DNA of 64,000 nucleotides from Klebsormidium nitens (lineage: Eukaryota > Plantae > Klebsormidiophyceae), in contig DF237077.1 in assembly GCA_000708835.1 (NCBI GenBank), positions 117,605 to 181,604 of the forward strand, in the 5' to 3' direction. Positions 14,254 to 27,026 of this stretch are shown piece by piece. The notes beneath the pieces were generated by a model. It made no database searches. It saw nothing but the letters and a program-made list of their open reading frames with translations, and was not told the origin of the DNA. Position numbers and translations under genes: made by a program. Each line of letters begins with the position of its first letter. The first letter of the stretch is position 1.

Positions 14254-16343
14254 ATCAGAACCGATGCTCTTTCCATCATTAAGCAGGCAGAAAAGCTGCC
14301 ATCACTGGTTGTCTTCGATCTGGACTACACAATCTGGCCTTTTTGGTGGTAAGTGGTTCAAAAGAGCCGGGCTCAAGTGAGCCTAAAGAGAGCCTTGGGC
14401 GAAAGTGGGCTCCTATGTTTGAAATAATCAGGAAATTGCGGGCTTCCTTACTAGTCTTTCCAGAGGAAAGGTTTGCGCCACTTTTGTGTAAGTTGCACTT
14501 TTCCTCAGCCTGTCCTGCTTTCCCCCCTTGCAAGATCCCTCCAACTTGATTGGCAACAATTCTACACTCACTTTCCTGACGATTGGGCCTCTTTCACAAA
14601 AAGAGGAAACAAGTAAAGCCTTTGGTGCAAATGGATACACATGTGAAAGCACAGGAAGAGGATTCTCAAAATAGCCGTCCAGAGAGGCCCCCTCTGTCCA
14701 ACAAAGCACTTCACTGTCCACGAGATCATCTATTTCGCAAATGTCAAAATCTCCTTACGAAAGCGGTTCAAGCAGGGCCTGACGATCCATCTTCGAGCGG
14801 TCCTGCAGTGAGGTGAAGACGACCCGGTCTCAACCACGGCTCTACCCCGAAGTTCGAGGCATCTTCGAAGCTCTCAAAGAGGCGGGCATACCCATGGCAG
14901 TGGCCAGTCGAACGCCCTCTCCAAACATCGCAACCGTTTTCCTGGGGAAGCTACAGCTGACGTCACTCTTTGCTCAGCAGGTGGGGTTCTGTACAATTCT
15001 TCTCGCCCCAGTTGCTTCTTTGTCCGTACCCTGCCATCCTCTCGTTTCTGTCTCTCGTTGTCACTTCCGTCCCCTTCTCTTGCAATTAATTGTTCTCCTG
15101 AAGATGAGGCCGCCTTTTCAACGAGTCCTTGGGAAATGCAGTGCCTTCCCCTTCCTGACTCATATCTTTGTAGGCATCCGGTTTCTCTGGCCTTCGAAGG
15201 AATCAATCGTCTCCAACTGACAAACCTTGCTAGAATAGATGTCGAGTTCGTGATCGTTGGGAATCTGCCCATCCAGGTCCTGCAAAGTTACTTCGTAAGC
15301 ACGGCGGCCCAGAGATACTCGGAAACAAAGAATTTATCCTGTGATCCTGTGTCACTGGTTTTGCACCGTCCAGATTACGCAGGTTCCTAGCACACGGAAC
15401 GGAAACACGTGTTGCTTCCAGGTCCGGAAATCAGGCTTTGTCCAAAGTTCGCCCTTCTGGAATCTGGATTGACGCGTGACGAAGTACACTGAATCCTTGC
15501 AGACTGAGGTAGACTTCTGAGCCTGGATTCGCTGCGCTAAAGAAGAAAACGACATGCTCCACGGGGCGTAGAATCAGCTTGAATCCCGAAACGGTCATGT
15601 TCATCGTGGAAATACCCCTTGCGGATCAACGCAGAAAAAGTGGACTCGCTCGCTGGTTGTTCGCCAAGGTGCCCGGCGCTGAGCGGCCTCCACGCCTCTC
15701 ACTATCTCTGACCTCGCATTCGCCCTGCTTTCTACCAGGAAATCTACCCCACCTTCACGCACAAGACGGAGCATTTCAAGGCGCTTCTCCAAGGGACCAA
15801 AGTCCCCTATGAAGACATGCTCTTCTTCGACGACGAAGACCGGAACGTTGATACGGTGAGGCTACACGTCCTTCGTTATGCGCAAAAGCTTCGGGTTGAA
15901 AACCGGTGCAAGCAAGGCCGAAGGGGTCCGACTCATCCGTTTGGGCGTCCGCTTGTGGTTCTCTATTTGCAAAGGGCTGTGCTTGCCTCTTCAAAGGAGC
16001 TACTGCCCCACTTCGATCTACCTATGGTTCGCCGGGAGCGTCTATGACTTCCCTTCGTTGCCGAGGTGGGACCTCGACATCGGTATGCAACACAGCGGAT
16101 ATCTTGCAATGCGGTGTTCATACGTCAGACACCGCTCAGCATGTCTGAGTAACGGGTATACACAAGAAGTACATGGTTTTTGCCTGTTGGTTATTATTTT
16201 CTTTGAAATGACAGACTCCATCTTCTTTACAGATTTCGCCAATGGGGGTCAAATGCGTGTTGGTGGAGGACGGGGTAAATCTGAGTGCTCTAAGGGAGGG
16301 CCTTGCAAAGTTTCAGAAGTCGCGAAAAAGACCTGCCGCCTGA
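14254..16343 (+). CDS. MDP1: Magnesium-dependent phosphatase 1 (HAD superfamily); start codon lies in an unresolved upstream exon
   Basis: Exons encode LPSLVVFDLDYTIWPFWC, LYPEV...MAVASRT, MLFFDDEDRN and ISPMGVKCVLVEDGVNLSALREGLAKF...*. HAD motifs I, II and IV are present and splice sites are canonical. Confidence 0.9.
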
Positions 16344-17937
16344 CACGTAGTGAGAACCCTCGCGGGGTTTCAATTGTTCTCGGAGGTGGAGCTGGGGATT
16401 GTTCAGCCAGTCCCGCAACAGTATGTGAAAGTTCCTGCAGTAACATGAACGGTACAATCTGGGTACACCAATACCGTTTTCGGTCAACTTGCAAAAATAG
16501 GCGGGAATATGTCCAACACTCGGTGTTCAAGCAGTTCGAGATGTGTTGCTCCACCCATGGGATAGCTAGTACAAGGAAGCTCTTGGGAACGGGCCTGAGG
16601 AAATCTTATCAGATCGGTCACATTGTGATCTATGCATATGTCTCAGCGCGTTAATTTGACTTCTTGCCGCGTTTTAATGAACAAGTTCGGGTGCATAGAT
16701 CGAAGCCGCATACTAAAACTGGCATACAAAAGAATCTTTATAAGACTATCTCCAAATATGATAAATCTGTAGGACATGTCTCGAGTTGAACAGGCTGCAC
16801 TAAATAAAATTGCCCGCGCGTACTTGAATGCAGGACTCTTGAATGCTGCAATTGTTGAGTAAATTAATATGTATATATGAGTACGTAGTGAACTGACAGA
16901 CGCCTATGTATCGCGACGGTTTGTTGATGCAAGTCTGAGCCAAAGGCGACAGTGTCGATCGTATAAGTTAGCTAGTACACGTGATTCGAGTGACCATATC
17001 TTAAGTCGGACTCAAGCGCCTTTGACCGTTCGCGAATTGTTGCCCTAGCAGTCTGCCTTCACTGTTAGACGTCTATTGAGTTCGTAGGCTTATAGGCAGA
17101 TCGGGGGCGGGGGCGCACATGCTGTTGCATGCATGCCAACATAAATGATCATGTCTGCTCATTTAGTACCTACAGTGTGCTACTCGGCGGCAGCCTTTCA
17201 ATGTTTGATATGATAGTTGATCGCTTCGGCTTGTCACGCAAAACCAGTGTCAGTTATGCAGATTTGTGGCTCATCGTACAGCTGCTGCTGCCACCTTCTG
17301 AGCACTCGACATAGCAGTCAAGCCCATGGGACATGGGAGCAGTGCCATTGAACGTTAGATATGTGCATTGCAATGCCTGAAAGTAGTCATGCAACAGGTG
17401 AGATCGGGAAAAGTATGGAAGAAATAAACATGAAAGAAAGTGTAAGTACCCATTAAACTTATTAGCTTGTGTCCAGGATACTGAGTTGGTTCCTGGCATT
17501 ACTACGTGGTTTCCTGATTTGGACATCCACACTACCTGTCAGCTTGCGTACAACTGACTGTACAATCCTGACTTATCATGAGAGCCCTACTTCATCTGAC
17601 CAAACTTACCTGCGGCTGATTTCTGGCATCTGGTGTTGTTAAGTCACCACTAATAAACTGATAGGGCTCGTTAACAAAAGACTGACTCAAAGACCGTCAA
17701 AGGCGTTAGACCTAGGTGAGACCTTGGCCTACATTCATTTCCCTGATTGGTTAACGAATTTCAAACGCAATGCAGCAACCATGCTGGCTGCTGCTTTCTG
17801 GGAGGCTAACAGTCTCGCGAGATGGTATCCCTCGGGAGCCAACACGTCAACTCTTCCTATTTTTACAATGAGGTGCCAAATTCAGCATTTTCCCAAGCGG
17901 CAGGCCCCTCCGCCTATCTCCTGGATGGCCACACTTC

Positions 17938-20758
17938 TCAGAGCCAGGTCGGCAGATCAACCGGCTTGGTCAGGGCAACTCCATCTTTGAATTGGTTCTG
18001 GTATTTCTCAGCCAGCGCAGTGAGCTTCTCAAGCCTTCTTCCGTAGTAAACGCCCTTGTGCAGCTCGTGGAGGGTCTGCACACAGTAGATACAGGAATCA
18101 GGAACCATCTTGAGCAGAAATACTGGCAAGAGAGCTCAGCTGAATCCAGAGCAGAAAGCAAAGCATTTTCTGTTTGTACATGCAGCAAGTTGTGCTGCAG
18201 CAAAGCTGAATATCCAAGCACAAAGCAAGCTTCAAGCAGTTAAGCCACAGACTTCTGCTTGGAGTGCAACTGCTAGTTAAATCAAATAATGGCTTGCTAG
18301 CTCACCTTGAGACAGGGGGTCAAGTCGGTTCTCGAGTATCCGGACTCGCTTGCTATTGCAGCGGGCCAGAGGGCTTCCAGAATCTGCTTCTTGCTTTGAT
18401 GCTTGGGTTTGGTGTCAATTGAGTAGCACGCAAGCGAGACCGCAGAGGCAGCCACCAGCGAAGCCGGATATTCGAGCATGTCATAGTCCAGAAGCGCCAG
18501 ACCAATGAGATACTCCGCAAAGTTGTCCTTCTCTTGTGTAGGACGCTCAACAAACTTGAGGTGCCGCCTGCAATGCAACAGAGATTGATAAGCCAAACTG
18601 CAATTGCAATGCAACAGATCTGATGAGCTAAATCGCGAATTCAAAGACCATTATGCTTGTAGATGTTTTTTATAGCTGCTACTTAAGATTGACAGCATAT
18701 AATGGGCCTCACAATTGCAAAGTAGGCTGATCTGACGCTCTGGTTGCAGTAGACTACAGATGCAAAACTCACCAGATGAAGTTGTACGCAGTAGGGATGA
18801 AGAGAGTGAACTTCAGGGAGTTGAGAATGGTGCCTTCCATTTCGATGATCTGTTCCTTGTTGAAGGCGAGGTTGGTGACTTCGCAGAAGTCGTTCACCAT
18901 GCTGTAAGCGGATTGATGACAACATCAGCAACTCAAATACTGCTTGTATCTCAACCCGCATAGCAGATCAACAAAACTCTGCGCAATCAGTTGGTCAGCT
19001 GCGTGCCTGTCAATTACAATGCAGCTTTTTACAGGGAAAGCGGGTGCGGTCTACGCCACTGAAGGTGGGGCCTTTTTGCAGATACCTACCATGGTGGCTG
19101 GGTTTCCTCGAGTTTCACAGCCAGGAAAAGGCTGGCAATGCCCAGGAGCTGGAGGCTTGACTTCTTGAGGAGCCGTCCTTCACTCAGAAACTTGTCCATT
19201 ATGGCAACGCTAAGGAAGAGCGTTTCCATCTGCAGGTTGAATTCCGCCACAAACTGCAAGCACCAATTGTCAAATCATTAGCAACAATATTAACTGCAGA
19301 ACTAACAACTTGAAAGCAATTACACTCTTGGATGAGAAGTACACTCATGACCCCGCAAAACAAGCAGGGCAAGAGAAGGAATGGTTATGTTAGAACAATT
19401 GGCTCTTCATCTGCAAATCAGCTTGGGCAGACAAAGGAGCCCTACCAATAAAGCTCGACTTGTTGACTTACTTCCACGAGCCAATTGATCATTATTGCTC
19501 GATGGTCGGCTGTGATATCAGTTCCTCTGTGCTCAAGGTAGTGACCGAGTGGTGGATGCCGTTGCTCTCGCTCCTTCAAGTTGAGAAAAATGGATTCTTC
19601 GTAGTCACCGCATTGCTGCAAGGTCAGCAGATATTCATCGTAAGAGGAGGGTTTGCTAAGGCTCTGAGATCCCTGGCTGTTCAGGAGTTTCAAGAGTAAG
19701 ATCCAAGTTTTTGTGGCAGAGTCTTGAAAGGTGCCACCTTTGGCACCCAGGATAGACTGCAAAGCCTGTTTCGGCAGAGCCACTACATTCAGCAACCAGC
19801 GCGCATTCACTCTCGAGTCGCTAGAAGTTTCATTTGGAGCTCACTTAACAATTCAAGTGCATAACTGAGAGAATGCAACCAGAGAATCCCTCTTTGAACG
19901 CAACTCGCAGACACCTTTGTCAGGCCTTAAGGATTGAAGCAACCGCGATTCCGAAGCACACAGAATTCTTCTGCATAGAAACTCAATGCTGCTCACCTCA
20001 AAAAAGTACCACTCCTGGTTCCTTGATGTGCTGGCTTCCTGGTCTCTGAACTGCTCAGGCGCATCATAGTATGTGGCGTCTGAGCCGCGCCGATCAGGTG
20101 AACCATCTTCTGACTGGCTCTCATCAGCAAGTAAGCAGTCGACATCTTCCTCCTCAGACCGAAGAAACTGCAGGTCGTCCTCATCCTCGCAAAGCTCAGA
20201 CCTTGGAGCTTCCGATGATTCCAGGTGCACAACACCAGAGCTGCCAGCAACAGGCTCGACCTCAAGGGAGCCCTGAGCAGGGGGTTTCTGGTTCTGGCGA
20301 GAGAGATGGGAGCTCCGCTGGGAAGGAACACTAGCAGGACCAGAGACCGATTCCCCAATCACAGCAGATGAACATGTGGACTCTGCAATATCTGTCTGCA
20401 CGCCATACCGAGGATAGAAGTCGGTGGTGACGCGTTCCCGCTTCAGAAACACTTTTGTGCTCCCTGGTTCATTTTGACTGCTCCATTGGCAAGAGCTGGG
20501 TGTGGGAATGGTTGCAGGCCTGTTCCTCTGACAGGATGGTTCCTCTGACAAAGATGTCTCCGCTTTGCGCTTCTGGCCTCTGGTCATGACGCCGTGGGAT
20601 TGGAGGTATTGGCCATTGTCTGTCTCAGCCACCGTCACTCCTGAGATGTCTGACTCGTTGGAGACAATGGAGGGTCCCTTCGAACCACCAAAAGGGCCAC
20701 CTTTGGCCACCTTTTCCACAGACTTTCTGCAGACCATTCTCGCACTGGTGACGTTCAT
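17938..20758 (-). CDS. Divergent A/B-type cyclin with SOLO DANCERS (SDS)-like features and a long disordered N-terminus
   Basis: Spliced cyclin box HRAIMINWLVE|FVAEFNLQMETLFLSVAIMDKFL...LQLLGIASLFLAVKLEETQPPC...EMEGTILNSLKFTLFIPTAYNFIWRHLK, followed by a cyclin C-terminal domain with YLIGLALLDYDMLEYPASLVAASAV. Confidence 0.85.
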
Positions 20759-23112
20759 GCTTGCCGGCAATTAAGGACTGTCAGCAGGGAGCTGAGTGTC
20801 GGTGCCTCAAGCAGGCCTCAACAAAAACTAAATGTGGCAAGGAGGGCCAGAAAGAGCGGACATGGCTACGACGTACGTGAGCAAAACAAACTCCCTTGAC
20901 CCTTCGACCTCCTCAACTGCCTTTAGTCTACTATAAGACCGGCAAAAGCCTGTCTCCTAATCCTTTTGCGCCCCTGACCCTTTTACGAGAGGAACTTCAC
21001 AAAGATCTTGCAATGCACCTGCAGCTGAACGAGCGTGTAGGCAGGTATCTTGGGGAAGATGGTCAGCCATATGCGCAATCAGATTGTGTGCCTTGCAGTT
21101 GGAACGGCAATTTGGAACAGTTTGCAGTGGCCTGTCAGAGTCTGTGTACAAGCCTTGGATACACAGGCAATAATGCGGTCGCCACCTCAACACTGGAGCA
21201 ATCCCCGGAGGTCATTCGGTCGCCGGGCTCTGGAATTGAGCCAGCCCAAACATGGTCGTGTAGCGCGGCGACTGCCTCGGAAAACGGGGGACACAAATAT
21301 CCTGAGAAAATCTCTGAAAGTGTACCTCACCCCGGTGCACTTTTTGCGCCGAGTGACATGCAGCATTTAATGCGCTGATCTTGCCAACGCCACCTGGCTG
21401 GACTTTGAACTGTATATTACAGTTGGGGACGTCTGGGTACAAGCTTCATACGGTCTGGCGTCTGTAGTCGCTCCGATTGAAAAGCCTCTGGCAAGGATAT
21501 TGTACCCTGAGTCCTTTTGCATCTACGGCTGTCTCGTATCCCAAACATCATCAGGGGCGAACCAACAGCCACACATCATTTTCAAGTCTTCCAACTTCTC
21601 GTCGAAGTCACAAGGAAGCTGACCGAATTCGCCCTATGGACGCTACGAATTCGACGTGCTGAATTTCGTTCGTACCCCTGGCGCCATTGTTCAATACACC
21701 GTCACACACGTTTGAAACTGGCACTAATCCTCTTAAGAGCCTGAAACGGTTGGCTGCTTGATGATCTCCTCCGTCAGTCTGAATCTGAGCCCCTGACTAA
21801 AACGGAATTGCAGAGGAGCCAACTTGGCGGGGCATGTTTTGAACTTTCGTTTGAACCCGGGACCCGTCACCCGGGCCGGGCCGGGGCAGACCTGTGGGAA
21901 AATTTCAAAGCTTTCAACAAACCGCGCGGAGAAACACGAGTACCGTACAAGCAGTCAAATTGAACCCCGTCCGCAAAACGAACGGACGGCCTCAATACGA
22001 TCGTTCCTAGCACTTTGATTCAATGTGTGCAGTGTGCACTGTGCAGACTTGCACAGGCACTGAGGTTCAATGCGCACGCGATTGCATGCGCGTAGACAAT
22101 GTGAATTGTGATAACTTTGTGTCCACCAAATGGCCAATGCAGTAGGTATGTTCATAACCACTCACCACCCGGAGGACAGTTAGGGTTCGTATGGTAGTTA
22201 GGCTTGACACCTTGTGTAGAGGGGCCAAAACTATGGGTTGAGGGGTATCAACCTTTTGAGCTGAGGAGCCCCGGGGCTTTCATCCCAGTGTAGTACCGGT
22301 ACCGGTACCTATGTAGGACCCTACCGTACTCTGGAGTCTTGAGTCTTGACTCTGGAGTCTGTACTGCGACGGACCGACGGTACGCTGACTTTTTCCAGCC
22401 TTGACACGTGGCCTTGTTACAGTAAGTTGCCTTCCCTTCGATTGCACGCGCGCCAGGCTTCACGAACTAACGAGGTACATTGACCGTCCGATACTTCCAC
22501 GTGATCCAAGGTGCTGACTCCTGAGGGGTGTTTGAAAAACGTGGGTCGGGGTCTCTGGCCGGAACCGAGGCTCCGGGACGAGCATGTTGGCTAGGATAAC
22601 CACAACGGGTAGCCGGTTTCGATTTACCGGGCAACGACCCCGACAGTCCACGAGCCGCCGGGTGAATATGACCGATTGTGTCCAGTGCAGCACTAGCGTG
22701 ACAGTCTTTGACCATGAGCATGAATCATGATGCAGCACTGCACCAGCACCTGACATCTGTGTGATACTTGTGATGCACTATGTACAGAGCTTGTAAGTCG
22801 TAGGTCCTATACTACCTATACCTACCATAGTGGAGTTGACATCAGTACTGAAGCATTTCAGCAGGGCGGCAACGAACGAAAGTTGAAGGAAGGGCTTCTG
22901 CGCAAGGCCAAGCTGACACCGTCTGTATGTGATGTGTCTGCACATGCCACGTTGAAAGTGCACTCCATCTGCGTTTGGCGGGAATGCAAAGCCTGCTAGG
23001 TGCAAGTCCGCCCTGGCTACCCGGTGGGCCGTCTGTTGTAAAGATTGTTGCCAGCTAAGACTAAGAGGTTGAAAGTTCAGCATTTTAATCGCTCTCATTT
23101 TGGGGCGCAGGT

Positions 23113-26100
23113 ATGTCAGCCGATAGCATTGCCCAAATCTTTCCTGTCAGAGCAAGCTGCGCAACATTTGCAGCTTCCCAAGCGTTTAACGCTCGTCACA
23201 ATAGTCAAAGGGCTGCCCCCCTCTCACTTCCGTTGCGGCATCCCGGGCCCAGCAGAAGCATAGGTGTTGAAACGTCTGCGCACTGTCTGATAAGGAAACT
23301 GAACAGCTGGCTGGACAGCCCGCGCGAGCATTTGACGCCTGCTAAGAAACTCTCAAGCGCAGGTACAGAGGAATAGTGCTCACGCCGTTTGGCTTGCCTG
23401 CTGCTATGACGGAGTATTGAATTTGAGCCTTTGGGGTATTAAGAACAAAGCGCTGGAGTAAGAGCAAACAGGCCAAGGTTTTTGTGCAGCTGGCTCTGCA
23501 TTATGTAGTGTCTGGTTGCTGCATTTACATATAGCACTTGGATTAGCTGGAAGATATGTTTCATACACAAGCGAATCTGTGCTGCCTAGCACAATCATGT
23601 GAGCCTAGCACTAGTGCAATGCCGACTATGTCGGGACTCTTACTCTCATTTCCCAGCGTGCAACACTTGAAAAGAAGGGCACTCTAAGAGTCCAACTGAT
23701 GCGCCCCAGTGCATTCTGCAGCAAAACCCCAAGCACGCGCCACTCAACGAGAAATGCAAACGAGTACAGTAGAAGCAGAGGCAATGCATGGAGAAGCCCC
23801 GGAGGATTGGAATTGGGTCAACTGGACTCAAAAATTTGGGGAGGAGTTTAAAGGGTCATGGGGGGACTGGCGGTTCTTCGATCTGGAGGGAAATGTTACA
23901 AAGCAGTTCCGGGGCAAGGTAATCCTTCGATCCTTTTGGTGCCTTTCTCAGGGCACAGGAAGTTCAGCGGCTATTTGAAGAAAGTGCTTATGAGTATGTC
24001 GTGGACAATCCATTCAATCTCAAATTTGCCAACCTTCAGGATGACTTGGCAGACCAGGCAATCAAAGTGGAGTGTACACCTGATCTTAGACTCGCAGAGG
24101 AGGTTCGTGCTGGCGCAGTCAGAACCCACCTCCTCAGCGTTCCATAGGACTTAAGCTGTACAATTTGTTTCACACCAACGTGCTGTGCAGCTGCTCTCAA
24201 ATTCGCCCGGCAGTAATGTCTCGCAGAATTTGTACTAGTCGGTCTCACTTTCACCAATCCTTTTGTCTTGACAGAGACAAGGGCGGTGCAACCCCGAGCG
24301 CACGGTCTGGACTCAGCGCAACTTCCACAACGTCGAGCTGTCTCCGGGGCGCGCTTTCAACGAGGACGAGCAGATGTGGGAGATGAGTTGGCACCTGGAA
24401 AAGGCTACTAGCAGCCTGCCGGATGGACTCATGCACACATTTATGCCATCCGCGCGCATCGTCACGTTTGATGCGTATACGCGGTGCCTGGTGCAGCGGG
24501 ACCTGACGCAGAAGGTGAGCGACAGAAGCTGGTCCGGTCTAGACTGGTTGCATCTGGAATCAGTGGCTCAGTTGTAGGAAGTTTGGAGACTCATTCTGAT
24601 GGACTTCAACATATCTATACCGAGTCAGACCTGTGCACCATAAGATCCCAGAAGCAAGAGCTTTCATACCCAAGAGCGTTTCGGTTACATGATCAGACGG
24701 CAACTGTCTGATTTCCTGCAAGAAGTGACTGGTGCAAAGACGAAGTACAAATCCTTATGGCTTCTTTTTTAGTGTTGCACGACCAGATACTGTGGGCACA
24801 GATGGCAATTGAAGTTTCGGTCGTTGAGTGGGGATGCAGCTGATAACCTTGGTCCATCTTCTGCTGGTCTCAATTGTGACACGCTTTCAGAATGATGGAG
24901 TTCCGGCACTTATTCCGGCCACTTGTGACAGACGTTTTAACCTGATTCTGGTCATCTACTTGAGCCTGATCTTGGTCAGCCTTGAGCTCCATTGGGTTCT
25001 CGTTTTACAAAGAATTGTTCAAATGGTCGAGGGATTGCACCAGAGCAGATACTGACGAGATGTGGCGTTTCGAACCTCCAAACTCAAAGACTCTGTTGAC
25101 TATTTGGTAAGAAATCTGCGTCGCGGAGGGTCCTTTTGGGAGGCATTTCGTCCCTGTTCCGCCTACTTGAACGGCACTCGTAGAACGACGTCTCATCTGA
25201 CGAACTTCCGACTTTCTCTCGCTGTACGAGGCTTGTAGCCACATTGTCGTCCTTTCCAATCAGAGTCAAGTATCCGGAGGAAGGTCCAGTTCTTTTGTCT
25301 GGAGTGTTAACTGCTCCGGGGTCCAGCTTGCCAGGCCGAACTTGTCCTTCCTTACACCGGTTTTAGCTCCGAATATTTAGCTTCAGATCCGAACGGATTA
25401 CGGTCTTCAAGACGCAAAAGGTCCTGGCCCTGACACCGGCTGTCGACACTGAGCCTGGTCTGAGGACTGTGGCAAGCCTTGCGTAAATTGGATCTTTGAT
25501 GCAACTTGTGCAGGCGGACTCGTACAGCTGGGAGACGTCCTACGACGACGGGGAGTACCACACAAGTGTTACACCGACGTGGGTAAGCGTCCATACGTGC
25601 AATATAGTCGTTCTTTGCGTTTCTCGTGTGTTGAGCGAGGGTGTCAGATCGACGTCTTCGCTTATCGAGAAGTTCTGCTCTCGACTCCCATTACCCTCTG
25701 GATTCAAATCTATTGTGCTTCTGATTGAAAGAGTAGGCCGAGCCTCTGCAACATTCTCCGCCCAGGTGCCGAACCTTGTTTAAGCTCAGGAACGGCTTCA
25801 AGAGGCAGCCCTCGCGAGTAGCATGCTGTTTTCACATACCTTGCTCCTGTCGAACTTCTGCCTTTGAGGTCAAACTGTCCTTGAATCGGCCTTCAGCCAG
25901 TCTGGATTGTGCTTGTCGCACACACGATCCTAGTTGCAAAGCTGGTCGGTAAATTTTGATACCTCTCTTCATCCCGCTTCGAACCAGCTCTTCTCTGCCC
26001 TGATCGAATCAGTCTAGTCTAAGCGCAGCTCTGACCTTCCTGCACAAGGTTCAATCCAACTACCATCGTTGCTCTGGACCAGAATTTCATGGCCTTGAAC

Positions 26101-27026
26101 CATTGATCTAGCATCAATTGCAGCCCTAACCCTTTTGCAGGATCTGGCGCTTCCAGCTCGTCCGGCGTGCTCCTTAACCTGCCTTAACCCGCCGTCTGAT
26201 CAGCCTCTTGTCTAGCTTTTCCCCTGTTCCACCAGTCCTAACCCCTCTCGTCCAGCACTCACGACAGCATTAACCCCTTTCCAGAGGAACGGCGCCTTCA
26301 GCTCTTGTGGGGTCATTTCGGAGAAGTGGGAGAGCTGGCCCGACACAACTTTCGATCCTACGACCGCCCCCCTGGAAGCCGCGCTCGGTGAACTCACGTT
26401 GAGGAGCGTACGGCAGATCACGTGGACCCAACCGGGGGGCACCGGGGCCATGCTCGTAGATGACGTCAGCGAGCCGAGCGCGTGGCCGACAACTGCGCCG
26501 GGGTGAGCTGATCGAGACGCCTTTTGTCGGCTCTGAAATTGCTCTTGCGTCTCCCGAGCTTTGCGTGTCACACTGACTCGAGTTGCATGGTGTTAGCGGG
26601 TGAACGGCGCTCGCCCAGCGAACGTAGCACGTTCCTCTGGTTTGGATTGGTCGTCTACACGCCCGTTCGCTGGTCTCACAACCCGCTTGGATCACCAAAA
26701 TGATCTCTTCTTTAAACCCTGTTGGGGACGTAACAGGACTGTGACAGGGAAATGAGAAATATCAAATTGGACGTTGGATCTGTTCTTACCGCTAAGCGAA
26801 CCGCAACCATGATCTGACCCCGCCACTTGTCCACAGGTACCACGAGATCCGGATACCCGTCGGCGCGTGGGCAGTAGGACCAACCAAGTTGCCTAAAACT
26901 GGCACCTCCACGGGATTCTGGCTCTCGACAGCGAAGCGGATGCGGGACGGGGGCATCAAACGGATCGTGCACGTATTTTCAAGAGAGCTTCTCGTAGAGA
27001 AAGTCATATTGGAAATTTTCACATGA
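23113..27026 (+). CDS. DUF3598-like (calycin-type beta-barrel) protein with a predicted organellar transit peptide
   Basis: Phase-compatible exons at 23113-~23360, ~23711-23919, ~24276-24514, ~25517-25582, ~26285-26502 and 26837-27026. The segment WVNWTQKF...GDWRFFDLEGNVTKQF...RCNPERTVWTQRN...SSLPDGLMH resembles cyanobacterial DUF3598 proteins as I recall them. Confidence 0.6.

Noticed and set aside
22300-22380. Micro-duplications (GTACCG x3, CTCTGGAGTC x2, TTGAGTC-like)
   Set aside because: Short slippage-type repeats with no TIR or TSD; not enough to call an element.
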